Translations under genes and position numbers: made by a program
The notes under the pieces: generated by a model
What the model saw: the letters and a program-made list of their open reading frames with translations, nothing else
Database searches by the model: none
What the model was told of the DNA's origin: nothing
Shown: in pieces, positions 47,297 to 56,424 of the stretch
Position numbering within the stretch: the stretch's first letter is position 1
How the letters are laid out: every line of letters starts with the position of its first letter
Virus record (IMG/VR): IMGVR_UViG_3300043773_002546
Span: 1-64,000 of that record
DNA from: a virus
DNA: 64,000 nucleotides
Reading direction: 5' to 3' (one strand)

Positions 47297-48386
47297 GACG
47301 TCTTGCGCGATCAGGCAGCGGCTGCAGTTTGTTTTGCAGACGGTGTACAACGGCAAAATTACGTACTTCGCCAAGGCCGCTGGGATGGGCACCCAGCTGA
47401 CACACTTTTCCGAGGTTGTGCGCGGCGCCAAAACGCCCACGCCTAGGTTTATCGCCACGGTTGTCAATCAAGCGGGCATTAACGCCGAGTTTCTGCTCTG
47501 CGGCACCGGGCCGGTCATGGGCACCTCGCGGCTCGAGTACGCAGCCGAGAACCCGGCGCCAAACCTGGAACAGCTCTGGCCCCGCTTTGACACGACCACG
47601 ATGCAGTTCACGGCGAATGACGCCCGGTCGTGCCCGGAAACACAGCCAGGCGAACCGACCGAGCTTGCGTTGGCGCGCAAGATCCACGCGACTCGCGGAG
47701 CAGGCAAGCCAGTGATCGTGTATCTGACCGAGGCGTATGCGATGGCGGGCGCCTGTTCGCCGCTCGCGGAGATGCTGCGTAAACGGTACGTTACCGCCGT
47801 GGCTATGACGGGCGGCGCCGCCTACCGCGACGTTGAACTGGCCCGCTTTGCCGGTTGCGCGCTTAATCCGGCGTTCCCGCACGCGCTCATTGATATCAAT
47901 GAGGCGACTATCCTGGCCGCCAGCAGCGGCATCGGCTACGGCGAAGCCCTGGGACGTTGGTGCTACCCGCGACCCGAGACCCGCTGTACGAGCGTGATTG
48001 CCACTGCTTACGAGATTGGCTGCCCGGTGACCGTGCACACCACAATCGGCGAGAGCCCTAACCACTGGTTTCCCGTTTCACGCGCAGCGCAACTGGGCGC
48101 GGCAATCGGCGCGGCGACCTACACGGACATGCTTGTGCTGACTGAATATTTTAAGCGCTGTAGCGGGTCGCCTGGCGGCGTGTTTATTTCCAGCGACATT
48201 GCTGGGCTGGAGCTGTACCGGTACGCCGTGGCGGCTACGCAGCAAGACGCGCTTGCGCCGCGCGTCGAGGACGTGCAAACCCACTTATTGATTGGCGGGG
48301 AGTTCCGGCTCACCTTTCCCGCGTTATTGACTTCCTGTGACGCCGTATACGACGGAAGTGCAGACGATGGCAGACGCCACAAATGA
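47256..48386 (+). CDS. XRE-type HTH fused to a deoxyhypusine-synthase-like domain
   Basis: N-terminal FAKAAGM...GINAEFLLCGTG; C-terminal VTAVAMTGGAAYRDVE, GIGYGEALGR, SVIATAYEIGCPVTVHTTIG. Confidence 0.6.
   Translation: MSERKPKKTPKRLKTSCAIRQRLQFVLQTVYNGKITYFAKAAGMGTQLTHFSEVVRGAKTPTPRFIATVVNQAGINAEFLLCGTGPVMGTSRLEYAAENPAPNLEQLWPRFDTTTMQFTANDARSCPETQPGEPTELALARKIHATRGAGKPVIVYLTEAYAMAGACSPLAEMLRKRYVTAVAMTGGAAYRDVELARFAGCALNPAFPHALIDINEATILAASSGIGYGEALGRWCYPRPETRCTSVIATAYEIGCPVTVHTTIGESPNHWFPVSRAAQLGAAIGAATYTDMLVLTEYFKRCSGSPGGVFISSDIAGLELYRYAVAATQQDALAPRVEDVQTHLLIGGEFRLTFPALLTSCDAVYDGSADDGRRHK
47886..47903. repeat. Perfect 18-bp palindrome CTCATTGATATCAATGAG
   Basis: The only perfect copy found; inside the HTH fusion gene. 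Confidence 0.9.
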
Positions 48387-49431
48387 ACCTGTGCTAGAAG
48401 CGTCGGATCACATCACGAACTATTTTAAGACGGCCGCGCCCCTATTGGCCGACAACCAGCGCGTGAAGATCACTGCCGCTGTTATGGAGCTGCTCCGATT
48501 TACCTCCGGCGCCGCGGTCGTAGCCCAGTGCGATCCCGCCCTGGCCCGCATAGGCTTGATCGAACTGCTCGGCGAGCTCTGCGGCATCGAGTGGGAGAAG
48601 ATTCCTTTCTCGATCACCAAGACAGCGCTGGGCAGTCCCGATCCGACAAGCGACGTGTTTGAGGCTTTGAAGACTTTCGCCAACGTGATCCAGGCCGACG
48701 CGGCGCTGGGCACTGAGGAGGTTTTTCGGTCTCTTTTTACGGTAGCGGAGCAGCCCGCAGCTCCGCCTTTGCAACCCAAGCGGGCACCCAAGGTTGCAGC
48801 ATCGGCCGACGTGGCCAAAATTTTCACGCGGTCGCCTAAGTTTAAGCCAGATTGCGGCGTGGAGCTGCTCAACTGGCAAAGCGAGTATCCCAACGGCGGC
48901 ATGGGCCCGCAGTTGTGGGGTCTACGGTTTGCCGAAAACGAAGATCAAGTTCAGGTGCTGTTGGAAACCGGCGAGCTGGTTAATCTGCCCGCGCAAATTT
49001 TTACCTTGGCTCGCACGACGGAACCGGCGGATTTTTCTGCTGTTCCGCTGGAATTGCTGGCTGCGGCGCGTTCTTTCTGGCCAGGCAAAGAGGCGGAGCT
49101 GGACACGCAATTTGGGCAGTTTACGCGGCCGTTGTATTACTGCCCATACGGAGCGCAAGCTATCGCGGCGTTGCGAGACGTTGCGAATAACCCAGCGTCT
49201 TATCCGCCACCAAACGCAGCGGCGGTGACTTTAAGCGTTGACGGCACTCCATATTTCGTTACGCTGGAAACCCGCGCATCAAAAACTGGCGTTTACGTAA
49301 CGGCCAAACTTATTGACGCAGCCGAAAATATTGTTATGCGATTGGACAAACCCCGGCAGTTTTCTGACTTGGGCGTGTATTTGTTCCCGCTTCCCGACAT
49401 GGTGATCGCCTTGGCGGTAAAGGAGCGCTGA
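48367..49431 (+). CDS. Hypothetical protein
   Basis: 354 aa ORF. Confidence 0.7.
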   Translation: MADATNEPVLEASDHITNYFKTAAPLLADNQRVKITAAVMELLRFTSGAAVVAQCDPALARIGLIELLGELCGIEWEKIPFSITKTALGSPDPTSDVFEALKTFANVIQADAALGTEEVFRSLFTVAEQPAAPPLQPKRAPKVAASADVAKIFTRSPKFKPDCGVELLNWQSEYPNGGMGPQLWGLRFAENEDQVQVLLETGELVNLPAQIFTLARTTEPADFSAVPLELLAAARSFWPGKEAELDTQFGQFTRPLYYCPYGAQAIAALRDVANNPASYPPPNAAAVTLSVDGTPYFVTLETRASKTGVYVTAKLIDAAENIVMRLDKPRQFSDLGVYLFPLPDMVIALAVKER

Positions 49432-50951
49432 TGTTTCGCAAGCCGCGGATTCTCTTGGTTGGCGACCTTCTTCTTGACGAGTGGGTGCACGTCAAAGCGC
49501 GCGCAGCAAATCCAGAAGGCGCGGCGGCAATTGTTAGCGGCACAGCCGACGACCGCGGCATGTCTTTGGGCGGCGTCGGAATCGCGGCTGCGCTTTTTAA
49601 ACGGCTTGGCGCCAGCGTCAAACTCATGTCGCGCCTGTCGAAGAACACGCACGGCTCGGTCGCGCACGCCCTGATGCACCGCGAACGAATCACGTGCAAG
49701 CACACAACGTTTGCCGACAACTGGACGATGCCACTTAAACGGCGTTACGTCAATGACGCAGGCGTGGTGATTTTTCGTTACGACGAGGAGCAACCGCTGG
49801 ATCAGATGCTGGAAACCGCGGGCACGCATTTTGACACAGCTCGCTATGACGAGCTTGTAAAACGTGCTGATTGCGTGCTGGTGCTTGATTACGACAAAGG
49901 TTACTTGAGCGGTTTTGGTCGTTACATGGTTGAGCGCGCCAGAGAAGCGAACACACCTATTCTGGTAGGCGCCAAACCAATCCGCCTGCGTGAGTATGCA
50001 GGCGCGGACCTGGTGAAGGTCAACGCGCACGAAGCTGCCGAGTTTCTTGACGCCGATTATGGAGACGTCACAGAGAATCTGCCCAAGGCCGCCGAATCTT
50101 TGTGCCACGCTGTATCTTCGCGTGCGGCGGTTATTACGGCCGGGTCATATGGCTCGGCTTGCGCGGTGATGACAAACAAGAACATCACCGCGTCTTTTTC
50201 GTTACCTGCGTTTCCTTGTTTTCCTGCAATTAAAAACTGTGTGGGAGCTGGCGACGCGTTTTTTGCGGGATTGACGATTGACTACGTCACGGCTCGCACA
50301 CGTTTGCGCGGTGCCGGGACGTTGCGCAACATGCGCGCGGCAATCACCGCGGCGGGCGCCGTTGCGGCCGTTTTTTTGGAGAGCGGCCCCGACGGCGTAT
50401 CGCCGCCGGTGCCTGTGCTGGCGCGCTACGATTTGCTGTGCGCTGAATCGCCAGACGCCAAGATCATGTCTCTCGACACCCTAGCCTGGCTTGCCCAGGC
50501 CTGGCGCAAGAACGAGGATGCCGTGGTTTTTACTAACGGCTGCTTTGATCTGCTACACGAGGGGCATTTGCATCTTTTGGACGAGGCCCACCGGCAAGGC
50601 ACACGCCTTATTGTCGCGGTTAACAGCGACGACAGTGTACGAACGTTGAAAGGAGAGGGACGACCAGTCCAACCATTTACGACGCGGGCCAAGCTGTTGG
50701 CGTCGTTGAGTTGCGTGGATGCGGTTGTCTCGTTGGATGAGGAGGATTTTGTTGGAAACACTGCGCTGCGCTCAATGCTTACGACCCTCCAGCCGGACGT
50801 TTTGGTCAAGGGCGACGAATACGCGGAAAGCGAAATCGTCGGCTGGGAAGAGATGGTCAAACGAGAGCCACCGGGGCGCGTGTGGCGCTGTCCCATGCTT
50901 TCCGGCCGCAGCACCACAAACGTTATACAGAAAGTCAAACACAACACATGA
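49431..50951 (+). CDS. hldE: Bifunctional heptose kinase/adenylyltransferase
   Basis: ILLVGDLLLD, GAGDAF (PfkB); VVFTNGCFDLLHEGH, VAVNSDDSVRTLKGEGRP, LVKGDEY. Confidence 0.9.
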   Translation: MFRKPRILLVGDLLLDEWVHVKARAANPEGAAAIVSGTADDRGMSLGGVGIAAALFKRLGASVKLMSRLSKNTHGSVAHALMHRERITCKHTTFADNWTMPLKRRYVNDAGVVIFRYDEEQPLDQMLETAGTHFDTARYDELVKRADCVLVLDYDKGYLSGFGRYMVERAREANTPILVGAKPIRLREYAGADLVKVNAHEAAEFLDADYGDVTENLPKAAESLCHAVSSRAAVITAGSYGSACAVMTNKNITASFSLPAFPCFPAIKNCVGAGDAFFAGLTIDYVTARTRLRGAGTLRNMRAAITAAGAVAAVFLESGPDGVSPPVPVLARYDLLCAESPDAKIMSLDTLAWLAQAWRKNEDAVVFTNGCFDLLHEGHLHLLDEAHRQGTRLIVAVNSDDSVRTLKGEGRPVQPFTTRAKLLASLSCVDAVVSLDEEDFVGNTALRSMLTTLQPDVLVKGDEYAESEIVGWEEMVKREPPGRVWRCPMLSGRSTTNVIQKVKHNT

Positions 50952-51205
50952 GTAATTTCGATTTCGGCAATTTTATTGACGACGATAACAAGTTCGAGGA
51001 GATGCCGTTGACCGACGCAGAAGAGAATTGCCTGTCGCCTTATGGAATTCTCAGCGCGATGCTGGGTCGGTTAAAAGCTCGGCGAGTTTACAATCGTCTG
51101 GTAAAAATTGCGCAACGAATTAGTGACGCCAAAGGCGGACGCCCTGCCATCCTCTTGGACGAAGATGGCGGCGAATTTGTGACCATTCATGAAGAGCATG
51201 TATGA
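50948..51205 (+). CDS. Hypothetical protein
   Basis: ATGA overlap. Confidence 0.6.
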   Translation: MSNFDFGNFIDDDNKFEEMPLTDAEENCLSPYGILSAMLGRLKARRVYNRLVKIAQRISDAKGGRPAILLDEDGGEFVTIHEEHV

Positions 51206-51942
51206 GCAACACCACCGAAACTCGAGTGGATATGCGGCAGCTGGCGCAGCGGATAAACCTGGGGAACCAGAACATGTCGCTGCAGTGGTTTGAGTTGTTG
51301 GCGGTGACCGACAATGGCGCCGCAGCTGGCCCGCAGACGGAGACGACGCTTTGCGAAAAGTACTGCCAGAAGTACAGGCCGCACATGACGACGTCGACGA
51401 CCAAAGGTTGGATGACCAACTGGCTAGACATCTTTCGCCGTAACGGCGTGGCCCAGAAGGTGGCAGCGGCGGAGTTTCAGAGCGAGACGCGCTGGGAGTT
51501 GACGCCGCTGGGGCGGCAGCTGTGGGCGCACTGCACGACGCCTTCTCCGGAAGAGAACGATACGGCCAATGCGGCGTTTCGGTCTCGGATGTGCAAGCTG
51601 GCGATCGACGGCGCGGCGCCCGTGATCAGGTCTTGTCTGGAACGACTGGACGAGGATATCGCCAACTTTAAGCGCGAAGCAGCCGCGTCTGGCACGCCGC
51701 TGAGCATGGCGCTGTACGTGCGGATTCCGCACCCCGAGCTGTCCACGCCCCGAGAGAACGACCGCCATACGGCTTACGTTTTGTCGATCGACCTCGACGG
51801 CAGCCTCCCGCCACAACCCCCGGGCGACACGGCGCGGCCAGTGACTAGGCAAGAGCGCAGCGGCCGTCGGCGGCGACGGCGCGCTTCGCAGGCCTCGAGC
51901 AATAATTTTTCGGTTTCAGTCATTTCTCACCGGCGGCGCTAG
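51202..51942 (+). CDS. Hypothetical protein
   Basis: ATGA overlap. Confidence 0.6.
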   Translation: MSNTTETRVDMRQLAQRINLGNQNMSLQWFELLAVTDNGAAAGPQTETTLCEKYCQKYRPHMTTSTTKGWMTNWLDIFRRNGVAQKVAAAEFQSETRWELTPLGRQLWAHCTTPSPEENDTANAAFRSRMCKLAIDGAAPVIRSCLERLDEDIANFKREAAASGTPLSMALYVRIPHPELSTPRENDRHTAYVLSIDLDGSLPPQPPGDTARPVTRQERSGRRRRRRASQASSNNFSVSVISHRRR

Positions 51943-51951
51943 GAGACAAGG

Positions 51952-52542
51952 ATGTACCTGTTTATTGACACGGAAACCGGCGGGCTGACGCCCGATTTTA
52001 GCCTGCTGACCGTTTCTGCAATCGTCGCCGACAAGGACTTTAACTTTCTTTGCGGCGGCAACGCGGACGACACGCTTTACATGGAGATTCGCCACGATAC
52101 CTATGTGGTGACTCCGGAGGCGTTGGCGATCAATAAACTGGACCTCATCCACCACAGCGCCAGAGGACTGAAGCCGGACCAGGCGCGGGGTAGGTTTATG
52201 GAATTTTTGACAAGTGCCTACCAACGCTGCGGCCAGAACAAACTTGTTCCAGCCGGGCACAACGTGACGTACGACTTAGATTTCCTGTGGCACCACCTGG
52301 TGCCGAAGGAGGACTGGCGGAAATTCTGTACCTACCCCGCCCTGGATACCGCAATCATCGCGCGGTTTTTGAACGCCGTGCACATCCTCGACGGGCAATA
52401 TAAACTAACGGAAGTGTGCGCCGCGTTTGGCGTGCATTTCGAAAACGCGCATCACGCCGAAGCCGATAACAAGGCAACCCTGGCGCTGGCCCGACAATAC
52501 GCGGCGATGATGCGAGCCCTGACCGAGGCGCCAACGAGCTGA
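51952..52542 (+). CDS. DEDDh 3'-5' exonuclease (Pol III epsilon-like)
   Basis: FIDTETGG, AGHNVTYDLDFL, LDT, AHHAEAD. Confidence 0.88.
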   Translation: MYLFIDTETGGLTPDFSLLTVSAIVADKDFNFLCGGNADDTLYMEIRHDTYVVTPEALAINKLDLIHHSARGLKPDQARGRFMEFLTSAYQRCGQNKLVPAGHNVTYDLDFLWHHLVPKEDWRKFCTYPALDTAIIARFLNAVHILDGQYKLTEVCAAFGVHFENAHHAEADNKATLALARQYAAMMRALTEAPTS

Positions 52543-52558
52543 TTCGCAATACGAAAGG

Positions 52559-53053
52559 ATGCGTATGCGTAACGTATTTTCTCTGCTGTTGGACTGGCGG
52601 CAGGAAATCGGCTACCGGCTGGAGAGTCGGCACCGCTCCAATGATTGGGCCCCGCTCCGCGACGAGCACATGCGGGAGCATTCCGCGTGCATCGCTTGCG
52701 GCCGACGCGGCGAAGAGGTGCATCACGGCGTCCCCGTAAAATACTCTCCCGCGCGCGAGCTTGATCCGACAAACCTGTACACCTACTGCTGTAACGACCA
52801 CCGCGGCCTGGCGCATCTGGGGGACACGGCAACCCACAACCCGGAGCACGCGCTGCTGGCCAAGATCAAACGCGCCTGCGTGGCGCGTTACCGCGACGAG
52901 CTGCCGTCGCAGTTGAATTTGCAAGAAGGCGTGATTTACCGAACTGTGCTGGACGCCATGCACGAGGAATTTGAGACGCGCATGTCGGATCACGTTGCCA
53001 AAGCGTTGAAAACAGTGCAGCGGTTCGTGGACAAACAGCGCCCCCAGAAATGA
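52559..53053 (+). CDS. HNH endonuclease-like protein
   Basis: CIACG...EVHHGVPV...ELDPTNLYTYC.NDH. Confidence 0.75.
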   Translation: MRMRNVFSLLLDWRQEIGYRLESRHRSNDWAPLRDEHMREHSACIACGRRGEEVHHGVPVKYSPARELDPTNLYTYCCNDHRGLAHLGDTATHNPEHALLAKIKRACVARYRDELPSQLNLQEGVIYRTVLDAMHEEFETRMSDHVAKALKTVQRFVDKQRPQK

Positions 53054-53850
53054 GCCTCGCTCTTTTTACTATTTCTCAAGATGAAACTGACGCTTTGCAG
53101 TTGTGGCTAGCGCACCATCGCGCCCACGCGCCGACGGCCGAGCTGTACGTCTTGGATCACGAGTCCGCAGGTGACGCGGCGCTAGTTCTGCAGGACGAGC
53201 AGGCTAATGGCGTGACCGTAGTGCCCGTGCGCCACGACGTCAGTTTTGACTACGACTGGTTGACACGCACCGTCGAGGATTTTGCCGGGTTTCTCTTGCG
53301 AAGCTACGCGGCAGTCGGTTTTGCCGAGGTCGACGAATTGCTTTTGCCCACCGCGGCGAGCACTTTGGAGGCGCTGCTGTTGACTACGACGGAGCCGTTT
53401 GTTCGCGCCGAAGGCCGCTGCCTGGTGCACCATCATCCCGAGGAGCCGCCGTTGCGTTTGGATCAACCGCTGCTGGCGCAGCGCCGTCATTGGTATCGCT
53501 CGGAGCGTTACAGCAAGATCTGCCTGTTTCGCGAACGGGTGTATTGGAAAAACGGTTTTCATGCGGCCTATAACGTGCCCGCCACGCAACACGCCACTCC
53601 GGCGCTGATTAACCTGCACTTGCACCAGGCTGACTACGCCCAAGCCTTGCGGCGGCATCAGCGCAACGCTGGTCGACGCTGGGACCCGCGTTTTCGCCAG
53701 TCGGACCTTGGTGTGCACCAGCGGTTGGACAACCCCGACGAGCTTGCGCGCTACCTGCTAGCCAACCTTGACCGACCCCGCGAGTACGCCGAGCTGGAAG
53801 AGATTCCCGCTGCTTACCAGGAAAGTTACCGTGTATGTCTGCCCCGTTGA
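53050..53850 (+). CDS. GT-A glycosyltransferase-like protein
   Basis: LWLAHH...LYVLDHES...FAEVDELL; LHLHQAD. Confidence 0.7.
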   Translation: MSLALFTISQDETDALQLWLAHHRAHAPTAELYVLDHESAGDAALVLQDEQANGVTVVPVRHDVSFDYDWLTRTVEDFAGFLLRSYAAVGFAEVDELLLPTAASTLEALLLTTTEPFVRAEGRCLVHHHPEEPPLRLDQPLLAQRRHWYRSERYSKICLFRERVYWKNGFHAAYNVPATQHATPALINLHLHQADYAQALRRHQRNAGRRWDPRFRQSDLGVHQRLDNPDELARYLLANLDRPREYAELEEIPAAYQESYRVCLPR

Positions 53851-54629
53851 CTCTCTACGTGCTGCACAGCACACGAGCGCCAGAAATTGTTGCCGACGGC
53901 GTGACCGCGGCGCGCTGGGCCAGCCAATACCCGTGCCATGTCACGGTAGTCGTTGACGACGCGGCCGCCTATGCCGATTGTGGCGCGGACTTGATTGTCC
54001 CTAGCGCGGTGCCCGCAACGGGCCTGCTGGCCGACTGGCGGTTTTACGAAGGGCTTCAGGCCGCGATTGATCAGGGACTCGAGTTTGAGCAATCGATCTG
54101 TTTCCGAGACGACGCTTTGTTTTTGCAGAAAGGCCTGGATCGTTGGGCAGCGGAGACCTTCTACCGCGATGATGTGGCCTTGGCGGCAACCGCTGATCGG
54201 CATTACTACGCTGATAGTTTTTTGCGTGTGGCCGACCTGTTTTCGCGATGGCGCGTGCCGCATGAAATTTGGGATCGCGCACCGGCGGGGTTTACCGCGG
54301 TGAGTCAAGTGTTTTGCCTGCGGGCAACTTTAGCTAAGGAATTGTTTCATCGCCGCTTGCTGGTCCCGGAAGGTTTTAAAGAGTGGACGTTGCCGTTCTC
54401 TTGCTACGCTTCCTGGACCTGCCAGCTGCTAATGATGGCTTCGCGTTTGGTTGGCTCGCCTGACCGTCCGCAGGTGCCGTTTTATGTGAACGACGGCTGG
54501 GGCGGCATGTATAACGCTCCGCCATATCTGTTGCATGAAAATTTTCTGGTCTACTGGTCTGCGCGGCACGTTGCCGGATACAGCGAGGCGGACCTTCGCG
54601 ATTGGTGCAAAAAACGGAGGGACGCGTAA
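53835..54629 (+). CDS. Hypothetical protein, possibly a GT-A fold
   Basis: VVVDDA, FRDDALF; adjacent to the glycosyltransferase. Confidence 0.55.
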   Translation: MSAPLTLYVLHSTRAPEIVADGVTAARWASQYPCHVTVVVDDAAAYADCGADLIVPSAVPATGLLADWRFYEGLQAAIDQGLEFEQSICFRDDALFLQKGLDRWAAETFYRDDVALAATADRHYYADSFLRVADLFSRWRVPHEIWDRAPAGFTAVSQVFCLRATLAKELFHRRLLVPEGFKEWTLPFSCYASWTCQLLMMASRLVGSPDRPQVPFYVNDGWGGMYNAPPYLLHENFLVYWSARHVAGYSEADLRDWCKKRRDA

Positions 54630-55234
54630 TGAACGACCCGCGCATGTTGCAACTTTCGCCGCTGGAACGAAAGTTTTTTAAGCTTTACGTTGACGCGGTT
54701 AAGCGTGACTACCACGTGATGCAATCTGCCGTAGCGATGATGAACCCCAACGAACTGGGCGTTATTTGCCCAACGCACGCAACCCGCGTTGCCGACGGAA
54801 TTCAGGAATTCTATCTTGAATTTGACGAAGCGCTGACGCGCCTGAATTCTAAGCATCGTTTTACACGTCGCGCGATAACGCCGTCGCCCAGCGACAACGA
54901 GTTAATTGGCCTGACTACCGCAAGCTTTTTTAAATTAGTTGCCGTGGTCAAAACCGATTCGTCGCATTACGGCGATACTAAAGACGGCGGTTGGTTTAGC
55001 GGCGAGACAGAAAACTGGGAAAAGAATCTGGCTTCGCTCAAAAAATCTTTAACGCCGTCTGATAAACCGCCTCCGGTATCGCCTTTAGTTGCGGCAATGC
55101 TGCAATTATTTAACGCGCTGGTTAACAAAACCATGCCGTTTCAAATGTATTACCAACCGCCGCAAGCACAGGCAGAGGAAGAAGACTGGGAAGATCCCGA
55201 CGAAGATAACGCCGCGCCCGAAGATTTTGACTAA
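54629..55234 (+). CDS. Hypothetical protein
   Basis: TAATG coupling; AT-richer codons. Confidence 0.65.
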   Translation: MNDPRMLQLSPLERKFFKLYVDAVKRDYHVMQSAVAMMNPNELGVICPTHATRVADGIQEFYLEFDEALTRLNSKHRFTRRAITPSPSDNELIGLTTASFFKLVAVVKTDSSHYGDTKDGGWFSGETENWEKNLASLKKSLTPSDKPPPVSPLVAAMLQLFNALVNKTMPFQMYYQPPQAQAEEEDWEDPDEDNAAPEDFD

Positions 55235-55245
55235 GGGAGAAACCT

Positions 55246-56424
55246 GTGGAACCGTTGTTTGTATTTACCGCTGATTTGCATCTAGAGGACGGGGCTTGGT
55301 CGACCCGGCCCGGTATTTACGGCGACGCGTATTACAGCTTCGCCCAAATTATTGACTACTGCATCGAGCAGCAGCTGCCGTTGATCATGGGCGGCGACGT
55401 GCTCGAGAAAAAGAGCAACTCCGCGCGGCCAATCGCCAAGCTCTGCGAGGGCCTGTCCCGTATGCAGGCGGCGGGCGTGCCGGTGTACTACATCCAGGGC
55501 AACCACGAGTATGACCGAAATGCTCCCTGGCTTTCGGTTCACCCTTGGTCACAGCACATCCATCAACAGACCGTGGAGATCCAGGGCCACTCGATTTACG
55601 GGCTCGACTGGCTGCCCAAAGGCGAGATCCAGGAGGCTTTCAAGGCGATTCCCAGGGGCACGCACATTCTCGTCACACATCAGGTTTGGGAAGATCTCAT
55701 GAAGGGCGTGGGGCGGACCGAGTGCGCTATCGCCGACGTGCACAACACGCGCACGATTCTGGCGGGCGACTTTCACGTCACAACCACAATCGAGGGCGTC
55801 AACGCGGACGGCTTGCGCACAGAGATGCTTTCGCCTGGGTCGATTTGTATGCAGGACCTGGGCGAGAGTCCGGCAAAATGGTTTTTTGTGATCTGCCGCC
55901 ATCCCGAGGGCGGTTTTCATTTCGAACGCAAAACGCTCCAGACTCGATCGTTCGCCAAATTTGTGGTGAACGACCAGGAGTATCTCGACCAGCTTTGCGC
56001 TGGCGGTCTGGTCCAAGAGATCGAGTGCCTTGCCAAGCAAATTTCTACGGAAGCCAAAACCGCGGGCGTCGACAAGCCAATCGTACGAATCAAGTTTGAC
56101 AAGAACCTGCCCGACGCGTTTTTGCGGTTAACCACCGCGGCAGGCGACGCCTGCCACTTGTTCTGTGAGGCGCTGGCGGAACGCGGCCAAGCCGAGCGGC
56201 AGCAGACAACACGCAGCAGCGCTAAAAACGATCTTTTGGCGGCGCTAGCCGACTTGCTGGGCGATGAAACCCCGGCGTACAAATTAGCGGCCGCGTTGGT
56301 AACGGCCGAAGACCCGGCAAAAAAACTCGAAGGCGTTTTTGCAGAATTTCAAGAAGGGACAAGTCATGCAGTTGTTACGTTTGGAAGTCCGGAACTGGGT
56401 ACACCATCGACACCGGGTGTGTGA
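55246..56424 (+). CDS. sbcD: SbcD/Mre11-like metallophosphoesterase nuclease
   Basis: FTADLH, MGGDV, YIQGNHE, THQ, AGDFH, SPGS. Confidence 0.85.
   Translation: MEPLFVFTADLHLEDGAWSTRPGIYGDAYYSFAQIIDYCIEQQLPLIMGGDVLEKKSNSARPIAKLCEGLSRMQAAGVPVYYIQGNHEYDRNAPWLSVHPWSQHIHQQTVEIQGHSIYGLDWLPKGEIQEAFKAIPRGTHILVTHQVWEDLMKGVGRTECAIADVHNTRTILAGDFHVTTTIEGVNADGLRTEMLSPGSICMQDLGESPAKWFFVICRHPEGGFHFERKTLQTRSFAKFVVNDQEYLDQLCAGGLVQEIECLAKQISTEAKTAGVDKPIVRIKFDKNLPDAFLRLTTAAGDACHLFCEALAERGQAERQQTTRSSAKNDLLAALADLLGDETPAYKLAAALVTAEDPAKKLEGVFAEFQEGTSHAVVTFGSPELGTPSTPGV

Noticed and set aside
46154-47467. 437-aa minus-strand ORF and similar long antisense ORFs (e.g. 24391..25134, 25633..26556, 62959..63828)
   Set aside because: They lie antisense to well-supported + strand genes, as expected in high-GC DNA.
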